64,000 nucleotides of DNA. Source: the human T2T-CHM13v2.0 reference genome, Homo sapiens. The notes below the pieces were generated by a model. That model saw only the letters and a program-made list of their open reading frames with translations. It did not search any database and was not told the DNA's origin. Shown in pieces: positions 16,678-30,397 of this stretch (position 1 is the stretch's first letter; each line of letters begins with the position of its first letter). The DNA is taken from the NCBI RefSeq assembly GCF_009914755.1, contig NC_060941.1. The stretch is one strand, 5' to 3'. Both the position numbers and the translations under genes were made by a program.

Positions 16678-17625
16678 GTATTTGCTTTCCTATACATCGT
16701 TACATTTTGTCATCCTATGATGAACTCTCGTTGCTCGAGGGGGCGAAAACAGAGTGAACGTGGAAATGATCTTTGGCATGTGGTATTTTCTGAAAAACTG
16801 AATTTCACAATAAGCACATTTCGTGGCATTTGCTAACAATAATCTCCACATTCCTAGAGGTCAGATTTTCTCATTGAACACATTTTTTTTTCTTTTCAGT
16901 TTATATATGCAGAAAGGGCTTCATTAAAACTGAGATCATTCTCATTCAATCTTAAGCTGGCAGCCAACCCAGATCCTTTTAATCCCTGCTGTATGTGCTA
17001 ATGAAAACTCAGGGAAGTGCTGATGAAAGGGAGGTGGTGAGGCTCCTTCCTCTCCTTGCCTGGAGACTTAACCTGTACATTTCTAGGCTTTTCAGAGTTA
17101 AGTTTTGCACCTGCTTGTGCAGTGGTGATGGAGCTCCTGAGGTATTTCTGCATTTGCTTCCTGGGTCTTGAATTTCCACCATTAAATTTCAGTCTAGTGG
17201 CGGGTGCATGGGTGTGTGTTACATCATTCTGAGTTTTTTTGTACATCCAAAATAATTTTGTCATCACCATGATCGTGGCTGCCATCATCATTTCGACTTT
17301 TGAGAGTCAGTTTATCCTCTCACCCAGCAAATCTGCTTTTGAGAATTGGCCCTAAGCAAGTAATCTTGAATATGGAGGAAGATTTTTGCACAATGAACCT
17401 GCCCATTGCTGGTTTATTCATAACAGCAAAAACATTGGAAACATCCTTTTCCAGTTTTGGGGGAAATGATTCAGTGATGATTGGTACTGTATATTCAAGT
17501 AATAGAATATTAAGTATCCTTTCAAATCATTGCTTAGGATAAATATGGAAAAATGCTCTTGAAAATATACCTTCCCAATTATAGGAAAGATAGTAAATTA
17601 TATTCACAGTATGATTAAAGTGATG

Positions 17626-17917
<292 letters not shown>

Positions 17918-18072
17918 TGATTTTTTTTTAATCTAGTTTTTAAAATACCTGAACAGTGATGGTGTAAAGGACAAGATGATAGAAGACTTTTTTCTTTTCA
18001 TTTTCTTGATTTTCTTTATCATCCACTTTTTTAAAAGACACCAACATTATTTGCATAACAAAACACCATATA

Positions 18073-18368
18073 GGCCGGCACGGTGGCTCACGCCTGTAAT
18101 CCCAGCACTTTGGGAGGCCAAGGCAGGCAGATCACAAGGTCAGGAGATCGAGGCCATCCTAGGTAACATGGTGAAACCCCATCTCTACTAAAAATACAAA
18201 AAATTAGCCGGGCGTGGTGTCGGGTGCCTGTAGTCCCAGCTACTCGGGAGGCTGACGCTTGAACCCAGGAGGCGGAGGTTGCAGTGAGCTGAGATCGTGC
18301 CACTGCACTCCAACCTGGGTGACAGAGTGAGACTCCGTCTCAAAAAAACAAAAACAAAAACAAAACAA
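18073..18368 (+). mobile_element. AluSc/Y-like
   Basis: Full dimer with a small right-arm deletion; TSD acaaaacaccata. Confidence 0.95.
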
Positions 18369-18463
18369 ACAAAACACCATACAGATGGATATCTAAAAGT
18401 GAATGAGACTTGAAAATCAGCCAGAAATGTTTGCTGTGGTGATAAACATAACCCTTAAAATGA

Positions 18464-18777
18464 TTTTTTAAATATTTTTTTAAAAAATAGGGTCTTACTC
18501 CAATTTCCCAGCCTGGAGTGCTACTGGAGTGGTGTGATTTCAGCTCACTGCAGCCTCCACCTCTTGGGCTCAGGTGATTCTCCCACCTTAGCCTCCTGAG
18601 TCGCTGAGACTACAGCCACACCACCATGCCCTGCTATTTATTGATTTTTTACTTTTGGGAGAGACGGAGTTTTGCCATGTTGCCCATGCTGGTCTTGAAC
18701 TCCTGGGCTCAAGTGATCCACTTGCCTCAGCCTCCCAAAGTGCTGGGGATTATAGGCGTGAGCCACCACGCCCAGCC
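18464..18777 (-). mobile_element. AluJ
   Basis: Diverged dimer with J motifs. Confidence 0.9.
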
Positions 18778-19244
18778 AAAATGAATTCTTTGGGGTCCAG
18801 AAATCTTGTCTTTTGCAAAGATAGTTTGATGGGGCAGGGTTGCTGGGAAATGAGGGTCCCAGGCTAACAGTTCTCTCAAATGTGCTTCATGGCTCCTGAG
18901 TGCCAGCTCTGAGTCATGGGTATAGGAACTGGTGGAAGGAGACAGAGAGAGAGGGTGCTGAAGCTGGGTGGTGGGGGAGGGCACTAGAGGCAGCTGTGGT
19001 CTAAGTCACACTTGGGTCTTGCATCTGGCTTTCTGCTTTTATTACTATTATACTTTTTAATGGCAATGAGCTGTAGATACAAAGCCAGCTTTGAGTTGTT
19101 AAGAATAATGAGGTCTGTCCTGACAGTACAGGCAGCAGAGGCATAAGCAAATAAATCCCAATGTATTATAATATGCAATTTTATATTTAGACTTCGAATG
19201 CATTATGATCATTATAAAAAATGTCTATTTCTAATTCTGTTAAG

Positions 19245-19470
19245 GAAGATGGTATAGCAGTAGGGGCTTTGGAATTACAACAGGGTTGAATACTGGCGCT
19301 ACTTGTTAGCTGTGGTTTTTGGATAAGTAATTTAACTTTTCCTGGCAGAGTTTTCTCGTTTATAAAATAGAAATAATACTACCTTTCTCATAGGAGTTTG
19401 TGCTTATTAAATGAGAGGTAATGTATGTGTGATTCATGGTGTATGTTTGGTAGATGATGATTATCATGAA
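19245..19470 (+). mobile_element. MIR
   Basis: ctacttgttagctgtggtttttggataagtaatttaac...tataaaatagaaataatactacc. Confidence 0.7.
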
Positions 19471-22400
19471 TAACTAGTAAAGTAAGTAATGTGATTTAAG
19501 TTATGTTATTAGAAGTCCCACTGAATGCCGTGTCAATAGGAACACAGACTCATACTAGTTTGGAAGGGAAATCTGGCTCGGATTCTAAACGGTACCTTGG
19601 AAGTGCAGATGGACAACAGAATGATTGGAGATGAGTGCCTTGGTAAGCCAGTTCTTTCTGGTGAACTTGGAAGCAGAGAAAAGAGTAACAAAAATTATGG
19701 AATTTAATTATATTAATTAGAATTATATGATGATTATAATAGAATTGCCTTTTGTTCTGGAGTTAACATTTTATAACTTTATAATTAGATCTCTTGAACA
19801 TTTGAAAAGTTCAATAAGTACTTGTTTGTGTCATATTAGTCTATTCTAATTGATACACATGCACATAGAGCACAATTTTTTTTTTTTAAGCCCAAAAAGT
19901 TTATTAGCGTTGGGATGGGATTTGACGCACTGAGGTTTTCCCTGGACAAGATTCTTACCTTCTTTGAGGGCTGAGTTTAAATAGTTATTCCCAGGAGGGC
20001 AGAGGAACTCTTCCGTTGTAATTGAATAATAAGTGTCATTCTTGGGTACCAGATAAACTTAACTGATCACTTAATTGATGCTTTGAATGGCTGCATAATG
20101 TGTAAGTCCTTAGAAGCCAGAGATGAGATTTGTTCATATTTTGCCCTTCTAGTACCTAGAAGGTACTTTGCACATGGTAATGAATACATGTGTGAATTAA
20201 TAGATGGTAATCTATTACACTCTACCCATTTCCTTTCTCAAAGATTCAAGCCTAAGGCTAACATGATATTGAGAAGAAGAAACGTAACTACCTTGCTGTT
20301 GACAGTGTAGCAGCAAATGTAATAATGTGTGGAACTTCAGGGTTTCTTGTTCATTCGGTGGTCAGCATACAAAACATGCGTCAGTACCTTTTTTCTTGTC
20401 CTCTTAAAATTTTATTTCTTTACCCCCAGAGTGATGTTGGCACATTTGCTCTGCTGAAATGATTTCAAGAGCTCTTCATTGCTGATTCATTTAATGATTA
20501 CTGTCCAAATGGCCCCACTCCCACAAGGAAAAGTGTCTCCACATTAACAAGCACTTTCTTCTGCTTGATTTCTATGGTTACATACGTTGTGTCACTTTGA
20601 GGAGTTGGAAATAAATTTAACAGGATATTAGGATGAGAGTACCTTTAAAAAAAAGTTCTGCTAAGGAAGTGTTTCATCCTGGTGAATAATGAAATCAGGT
20701 TAAAATTTGTCTTAAATTAATAATGACTTTCGACGTAGTCCTTGTTCTCACATTTCATGGGCTGATTGCTTTTTTATTTTAGCTGAGGTCATGTTAAAAC
20801 CAAAATAAAGTTATTTGAAAATCTAGTGCAAAATTTTATTTTTCTATCAATTTGTGATTCCCAGAGCAAATTTGGGGAGAGCCAAGTAAATTAAAAAGTG
20901 AATTTAGGTGATGTTAAGTCTAAGATAGCCCTCAATAAAGAGCTTCTCAGAAAATTCTTGAGTGGCACCAACTTTTGTCACTAATAGCCCACAGACACGC
21001 GTCACTTTAATTCTTTGAAAACCTACACTCAACAGAAATGATAAACTTATAAATGATTTTGCAATCTGCTGCCGGTTTCTTAAAAAAAATTATCAGTTTC
21101 TTAGTTTATTCTGAACTGGATTTGATACACAGAAAACTGGTTTTCCTGCCTGCTTAGGAATATATCACATCATGTAATAAGCCTCTCAGAGATGTAGCAT
21201 TGAGCAGATTAAGGCCTCATTTATAGAAGAATTCCACCCTGGCCATGTGGGCCTGAAACTCTGGAGGGCTTTAACAATGTCTTGAGGTCATTGTCATTTA
21301 AAGAGATGACTCAGTGGTTTTATTTAGTAGAAATAAATACTAAATAAATAATCTCCACAGATTATCCAGAGGGGTAAGTTGAAGGATGTTGACAGATAAC
21401 TCAGTAAATTGCGTCTCAAATATTAATAAGTTTATTCTATGCCAGCACCAAAAATATTTCAGAGATGCTTTTAGGCTTCTCTCAAGTATGTCGGGAACAG
21501 AAAAGGATTATAGAAATATTTATAGTAGGCATAAACTTGCACAAAAGCTCAAAGTACCTTAAGCAAGCTTGTTGCAATTATTCTTTTGGAGAACTGGATT
21601 AAGTAATTATTTCTTGTTGCCTCTGACTATTTAACCTCCTACTAAACTGCCCATTGTTTAAATGTCTCTTATTTAGCTCTGTTTTTATCACTCCTTAAAT
21701 TTAATATTCTCAAGGCCAAAATTATAGCAGTGATGGTCAGGACATCTTTGAAGACAATTAGATTCTGAGAGGATAATTTATATGTAGAATTAGGAATATT
21801 CATATCACTCAGAAGTATCATAAAAACCATTCTTTCACAATAACTTTTCCACTCAAACATCGCCGAACTTGATTACCAAGACCCTAACTGTATTTCACTT
21901 CTTTGCAGTATTTGAAGTTGGAGGGAAGGGCTTCCACAGCTGAAGAGTTTGGCTAAACCATGGGACCCTTTCACATTGGCTGAGGGGGTGACAGTGGGTA
22001 TTGATCCAAGCCAGCCCGCCCTTACTTGGTTGGAACTCTGTTTTAGTACTTGGGGGTGACAGGGGAAAGGCCTGGAGAGCATCAGTCCTCCATGAGTCTT
22101 AGCTGCTCCACGAGAAAAGTACTCACTGTTTTCTCATAGGCATTGCCACAGTATTCTCTGACGAGTGTTTAGCAGGCATGGCCTGGTCTGGGAAAGTCCT
22201 CTATTCCTTGGCCCTGCCTGGAAGTTGTGGCGCGGGGAGGCCATGGATTGGAAGAAACCCTAAGGTGGATATCCGAAGGGCTCTTAAATGTTGCTTGTGG
22301 CAGCTGGGAACAGGGATACTAATGAGGAAGGACAAGCTCTTCGATTTCAGGTGGTTCAGGAGCCTCAGGCAGGAGTCAGATTTAAGGGATAAGTGGTTCC

Positions 22401-22991
22401 TATTTTCAGTATCTCTCCTCCACAGGTCTTTATGGAAAATCTTAAAACCCACTCTTGTCATCCGAACTGGATAATGCAGGTTCTTGGCCCTTCCAGTGCT
22501 ACATTGAACCAAGGGTTCAGAAACAATTGAGCGGTGGGTGGTCAGTTCCAAAGTGGCGCTTAGAGGAAGTCTCGAAGTGAAGAGGGAGGTTTAGGGAATG
22601 AGTTTGGAGTCGTGTTTTCATTTCTTTTGGTTGAAGGAATTTAAGAGTATCGTCTTTATCTGGTTTTATGTATTGCTTTTCTTTTTGTTTGGGGTAGGTG
22701 ATTAAAAATAGAAAAGTGGGGAAAGAGACAAATTTAGCCTTCAACAAGCTCTCGGTGATCTGTGACCATATTGTTTTCACTGAAGATTATTTACAACATG
22801 ATGCGGCCTTGGTTGCTGCTGAGCTGGCTTCAGGGCAGTAGATAGGAAGGATGTTTCCAAGGAAAACTACTCTGAATGAACTTGTCCTTGGGTATGTGAG
22901 TAACTGATATCAACCAAACCAAATGTCAATAAGTCATTCATTGTGAATCATCCTTTTTCGGTCTTGACACTGCACGTACCAGATCAGTTGA

Positions 22992-23411
<420 letters not shown>

Positions 23412-23688
23412 TGAAGGTGGTCACTGTTTCTTAAATGTTTATAGATTTACTTTAGCTTTCCATTAAGAAATCAAGTAAATCAGATGTACTTGTCCTAATG
23501 TAGTAATATAGATAATAAAATTGTTAGTGGTTAATATTTCCTGAACATGTTCTCTGCGTCAGGCACCAATCTAAGTGGGACTTGGCTCAGTTTCCACAAA
23601 GCCCCATGGAATCTGGTTTACAGAGAACAATGTGAGAGTGTCTGTTTCCCCACAGCCTTGCTATAGAGGCCATGGTATCATCTAGTGA

Positions 23689-24058
<370 letters not shown>

Positions 24059-24392
24059 TGGGTTGAGCTCTTTCTCACCTGTACCTTTTAGTGCCACTTC
24101 CTCTGAGCAGACTCTCCCACTCTTTAGCCTTCCTGATGCCTCTTGGCTCTCCAGGCTGGGTGTCATCTGTCCTCTGCTCAATTGTCCCACGATTTCCAAT
24201 GTTCAATGTTATAATTGCCTGGTGGTTGTTGGATGCCTTCACTGGATCCTGAGCTCCTTAAGGTTGAGATAAGTCTCACTTTTGTGTCTCATGGGCCTGG
24301 GACACAGGAGATAACAGGTGAAGTCTGTTGATCTTACCTGATGGGGAAATGTATTTTTTCTGTCTCCCTCAACTAGTGAGGTGCCTTGCAGG

Positions 24393-24710
<318 letters not shown>

Positions 24711-24840
24711 TGCCTTGCGGGCTTTTAGGCACCTCAATGTCTAGTTTTGTCAGAATAGCATCCTAGAGGTCTTAGAAATCTTACCTGTTGGAGAAAGTTT
24801 TAAAGTGCCCCAAACATCCCAGCAGTTGTACATCCTTTAA

Positions 24841-24881
24841 CTCACACTAAAATTCATCCTGTTTTGCTTTCACAGGTATGT
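24841..24881 (+). promoter_or_regulatory. Candidate recursive splice site (3' splice site immediately followed by a 5' splice site)
   Basis: Branch-like ctcAc/ctaA, about 48-nt AG-free zone, cctgttttgctttcacAG|GTATGT. Confidence 0.4.
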
Positions 24882-25371
24882 ACATTTTGATGAAAAGACA
24901 CTGCAAAGATGAGCACCAGCTAGCCAAATTGTGTAGTAAACATTGCATGTCTATCTGTGTGTGTTTTATTGTTTTGTTATTTTATTTAGTCAACCCTTTT
25001 GTTATTTTACCATAAGTTCATTTACACAGGGTAATCTTCTCCCATTACAGTTGCATGGAAGGAATCTTAGAGGAAACAGTTACTGATTTTCTTAGTGTGA
25101 GACCAGAAAAATGAAGCGTTGGTATTGGCCTTGGGGATTTGCTGTCCTTTATCCTCGGTAAAGCAAACCAGCCATCCGAATGTAAAGGCAGCTCCTTTCT
25201 TTCCATAAGTAATAAGTCATGATTTCTTAATGAGGCAAATTATCTATCATTTAGTGAATTCATAGTATTTGTTACAAGTAAATTCATTAAGAAAGAGCGC
25301 TATTCCAATAAAGCCAATTTAATTACGCAGACAATTAAGGGGCATCTTCCATGTGCTCTGCACTGTGCTAG

Positions 25372-25722
<351 letters not shown>

Positions 25723-25750
25723 TGGAATGGGCTTTTTAAAGGAGATTATA

Positions 25751-26041
25751 GCCAAGGGCAGTGGTGTGCACCTGTAGTCCCAGCTACTCAGGAGGCTGAG
25801 GCAGGAGGATCACTTGAGCTCAGGAGCACTGAGCTGTAGTGCACTGTGCCAGTTGAGTGCACTAAGTTTGGCATCAATATGGTGACCTCCCAGGAGTCGG
25901 GGACCACCAGGTTGCCTGAGGGAGGTGTGAACCTACCCAGGTCAGAACTGGAGCAGATCAAGACTCCCATGCTGATCAGTAGTGGGATCTCACCTGTGAA
26001 TAGCCACTGCACTCCAGCCTGACCAACATAGACCCCATCTC
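25751..26041 (+). pseudogene. 7SL (SRP RNA) retropseudogene, near full length (RN7SL-type; locus number unknown)
   Basis: Contains the S-domain absent from Alu: cactaagtttggcatcaatatggtgacctcccagg...ggaccaccaggttgcct...gctgatcagtagtgggatc...tgtgaatagccactgcactccagcctg; CpG-decayed. Confidence 0.95.
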
Positions 26042-28757
26042 AATCAATCAGTAAATTCATTTATTCATTCATAGGAATCACAGACAAGGGAGTCACTTAC
26101 CATAAAAAATATACAAAATAAATGACTCCAGAGGCATAAAACCAAAGGGGTTTTGTGCCAAAAAATAGGAATCAAGGAAGTAACATTTGAATTTGATCTT
26201 AGGGAATGGATGTACCTTAAACAAGTAGCCCTGTATGGAGAAGAGGAGAGAGGGAACGATAATGAAGAACAGAGACGTGGAGGCCGGAAGATGCCAGCTC
26301 TACCAGAAAAAGTAGCAAAAGTCAATGTGATTGAAGTAGGGGGAGTGCGGGAGCAGGGAGGGTGTGATTGATGCCTGGCAGCTGCCCGTAACGTATGATG
26401 CAGTATGGTTTTCGCCTGATTTGGGGTTTCCAGTTCTCCCTGGCTGCTGACGGGGCTCCCTCAGGCACACATTAATGGATTCACTCAGCCAGTGATTTTT
26501 CTGTTTTCTCTTTCATTTCCACTTTTCTATCCCATCATGGTTTTCTGCATAACCCCATCTGATTTTAGACCAATTTTGATGTGATTTTTTTCTTCTACGT
26601 GAGTGGCTCAGTGAAGGCTTTCGAATACTATTTTCCCACTTGCATACTGTTTCAGAACTGAAGAAGGTAAAATCTAATTGTACCAGGTTTTTGAAAAGCA
26701 GTAGTTTCCATTGTATGTGTTTAAAAAGTCCCCAAAGGTCTATCTGTAAGAATCTTTGAAAAGACACATTGCAGCCCAAACCTTAGGAGAAAAGAAAAAG
26801 GGGACTTCACATTGTAAAAGCAGCATTTATCTTTGCATCTTGAAGTTCCTAGAATAGGCTCTTGCCTTTATAAGTGGAGTTTTCTTGTGGCTTTTGTGGG
26901 GAGAATTCACTAGAATTAGGGCAGATTTTCTGGAAAGTCCCGAAATTCAGTGTTCTGTTGGATTTCTGGCATCTATTGAGCAAGACAGTTGGGATAATGA
27001 GTCTTGGTATTAAATGTATTCTACGGGAGGGAGGAGAGAGAAGTGGGAGGAAGGTGTATCCGTCTTGCTGGCTTCCTGCAGCTTAAGTAGGAGGAAGAAA
27101 AGGAGAGGGTGTGAGTAGATGACCCAAGCCCTGGACTAAGCCCTTTAGGTACATGATCTCATTTAATCCCCTTTTCAGAGGAAACTGCCTGAGATATGTT
27201 TGACCCAGGCTTTGTGCTCTTAGCCACTAAATGGCTTCCCTTTACTGATGATTTTACTCTGCCTTTATCCTATAGTTACTTATAGGCAGCTATATTTACT
27301 TCCTCCAAATAGATTAACTCTTTGGTACCTGGAATAAGTCCTGTGTAATCCTAAACGCTCAATAAATATTTCTTAAAATGAAGATAATTCTCCTTGACAG
27401 AAAATTGATCTTACTGAGCATATATCCACTGAGAAAACAGACGTATGAATGTTTAATACTCCCTGATTATCGTATGCTTTCTTATTTAAGCAGAAGTATT
27501 AAACGCATGCCAAAGGCTCACATAAATGATTTATTATGCACCAATTAACGTTATCTGAGCCATGGTTTTTCTTTGTTGTTATGAATTGAGCATTGACAGC
27601 AAGGCAGCACTCATTTACCTTTTGTTTCTATGCAGAAAACATTTCAAATAGGCAACTGTTGTCTCTCCTGAGTAGTCTGAGAAATGTGAATGGAGACATT
27701 TGTATTAGGTGTCCATCTCGTGACCAATATGCTTTGTACTTTTGAAGTTTGCTTTATCCTTAAGATTGTGAGAACTGTAAATCTGCCACTGGAACCATCC
27801 CTGCAGATTGTCATAATGTGATCAGCTCTAAAAAGCTTCCTGCTTTTTAGAGTGTGTACCCTTAAGGATAACAATCATATAGATAACCTTTTAGATGTCA
27901 ACACAGGCGATCTTTTTATGTGTTTTATTCATGATGCAATTTACAGTACTTAAAGGAAAAAAAATCCAGAAGCCTTACAAGGTCTTTAATAAGTACAAAT
28001 ATAGATTGCTATAGGTAGAAAGTATGCTTTAAAGCAAACTTTTTTACACCATTTTCTGAGGCTTTTATTAATTACTCTGTTTTCCAGCGAGGCTTTTTCA
28101 TAGGGATATGCACCTGACTAACTTATTAAAAGTAAATTGCCTTTGTGGTCTTATTTTCAGGGCGTGGTGCTGAAGTTAGAAGGCGATTGGGCAGTTTTGT
28201 TTTCTACAGAGAAAACACAATCTGGGAAGAGATCTTAATTGACCTATTAGCTGAATTGAGGAGATGAATTAGTTGTAGAAAATTTGTCAAAGTTAAATAA
28301 TAGCAGTGAGTTTGAAGGGGTGAGCTAGCAGAACTAGAAGAGAAAGGAGAATGAGAAGTAACTCACAGGCCAGCTGCATAATGGGTAGAGCGAGCTATAG
28401 GTGAACTGTGAGTAGCTGGCTTGCTCTGTTGGCTGAATTCCTTGAAAAGAAAGGATGAGACATTTTTACTCCAGTAAATCTTATGTGTATCTCTTGTGGA
28501 TTGAAGAAATTATTGACTCAATATGATTTAAGTTAGAGACAAAGCACACTCACAAAATTCCAAAATCAGTCTTTTAAAAAAAGCACTTCATAGTGAGCAA
28601 ATTTTAAATTAAATCATCATCTAAATTGTGACATGCATTGAGAGGAACAGGTGAGGTTTTTACTCCACGTTGGTCTCCATGTAACAATAATTTTCATGTC
28701 AAAATGATCTTTTCAGGTTTTCAGGTTGCCCTCTTCCCCTCTCCTTTCTGTTTTCAG

Positions 28758-28880
28758 ATAATTGGATGAAAGTAAAATCTTTTGAAAACATTGCTTTCAG
28801 CGTGCCAAAAGCAAGGCATTTATAACTGGCCTCAATTTGCAAACAATTTAGGAGTTTGATAAGTTTCTAACAGGACCATG
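28758..28880 (+). other. Candidate 123-nt exon with stops in all three frames, ending ACCATG
   Basis: Strong acceptor ctcttcccctctcctttctgttttcAG (28756-28757); strong donor ATG|GTGAGT at 28881. Confidence 0.4.
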
Positions 28881-29988
28881 GTGAGTTCACAAAATCTGAT
28901 TTCTTTAATGGAAACAAAAAGTGTGCTTTGTGGAAGTTGATGTTAGGAATTACAAAGAAACCCACTGTTCAGCACAAGTGCGCAGGCCTTTGGCCAAGAA
29001 TTCCTCAGCTTGGAACCTGAGCTAAGAAAAAGCCCCTGGTCACACCTGTGGATAAAAGACTTAGTGAGAGCTGGGAGGACAGGTGAAAAATGATGGTTTG
29101 GAAGCCAGAGACTGTTAAATAGAAGTGACAGAGGTGAGAGAGGTATCCAGGAAAAGCCACTGCTGTACCTAAAACAGTAGTTAAAAGGAATTAAAAATGT
29201 AAAGTCTTAGACGTTTGGAACTCTGCTATTTCTGTACCTTTCTAAATGATCTTCTCAGCCCTTCAGAGTCTGTTACACTGTTGCATTCTAAAAGATGGTC
29301 TTGATAGTAAATGGGGTAAAATGGTCTCATCAGGTCTATTTTTCTCTCCTGGTTAAATGTCTACTTAGGTTAAATAAAAGCTGTCCTGTTGTAGTCAAAA
29401 CAATTAGTTCCTGGCCTCATAAGACCAGGTTTGAATCTGAGCTGTGTTTTTGCTGGCTTTATGGTATTGGGCAAGTTGGCAATGTTCAACTTAATTATGT
29501 CTTCTCATTTGCTAAATGGATACCAATTTATGAGACTATGCTCACAAACCTAAAGTGAACAGGTGAAAGACCCTCTGCAAAATAGCTGCTCAATAAACTG
29601 TTGCATGCTAATCCTAAATAAGCACTTAAGAGGTATCAGTTACAATGAATTCCCTGTGTTTATAAAATAACTTACAGGTGCAGTTCCTCTTCATAGGGAG
29701 TAACATGAATGAGTAACATCACATCACCATACTGTTCTGAGAGGTACTTGGCAGATTGGTCAATACTGTGAACTCAGAACTCCAACCGTGGGATCCCAGC
29801 CATCCATTCAGTGGCATTTCTACCAGAACATCTGTGTAAGAGATTGAAGGTTAATTTTGGCAATTCTTACCTTGTACAGAATTCTGTGCATTTTAAGTTA
29901 AATTACTGTAGGTGATTGGGGATTTTGAAAATCTAGGCTCAATTGTTGACAATTCCAGTGACCTTTGGTCTGGAGCAAATCCCTTAGC

Positions 29989-30075
29989 CTATATATATAC
30001 ACACATATATGTGTGTGTGTGTGTGTTTATCTATATGTGTGTGTATATATGTGTGTGTGTGTGTGTGTATATGTA

Positions 30076-30091
<16 letters not shown>
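29989..30091. repeat. Compound (TA)n/(TG)n microsatellite at an Alu tail
   Basis: Directly visible; lies between the Alu poly(T) and the left TSD copy. Confidence 0.95.
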
Positions 30092-30109
<18 letters not shown>

Positions 30110-30397
30110 TTTTTTTTGGAGACAGGGTCTCTGTCACCCAGGCTGGAGTGCAGTGGTGCGATCTCGACTCAAGGCAACCTCCATCTCCCAGGCTCAAGTG
30201 ATCCTCCCACCTCAGCCTCCTGAGTAGCTGGGACTACAGGCATACACCACCACATCCGGCTAATTTTTGTATTTTTTTGTAGAGACGGGATTGCGCTATG
30301 TTGTCCAGGCTGGTCTCGAACTCCTGAGCTCAAGTAATCTGCCCACCCCAGCCTCCCAAAGTGCTGAGATTACAGGCATAAGCCACCATGCCTGGTC
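30092..30397 (-). mobile_element. AluJ
   Basis: Full dimer; TSD cttagcct(at/gc)atat. Confidence 0.95.

Noticed and set aside
16900-16990. Strong acceptor (tttttcttttcAG) with donor GCT|GTATGT
   Set aside because: Donor exonic positions are poor; such pairs are common in T-rich introns.
25751-26041. Functional 7SL gene
   Set aside because: CpG-decayed with many substitutions and small deletions, lacks the T-run terminator, and is embedded among L2/Alu sequence; this is a retrocopy.
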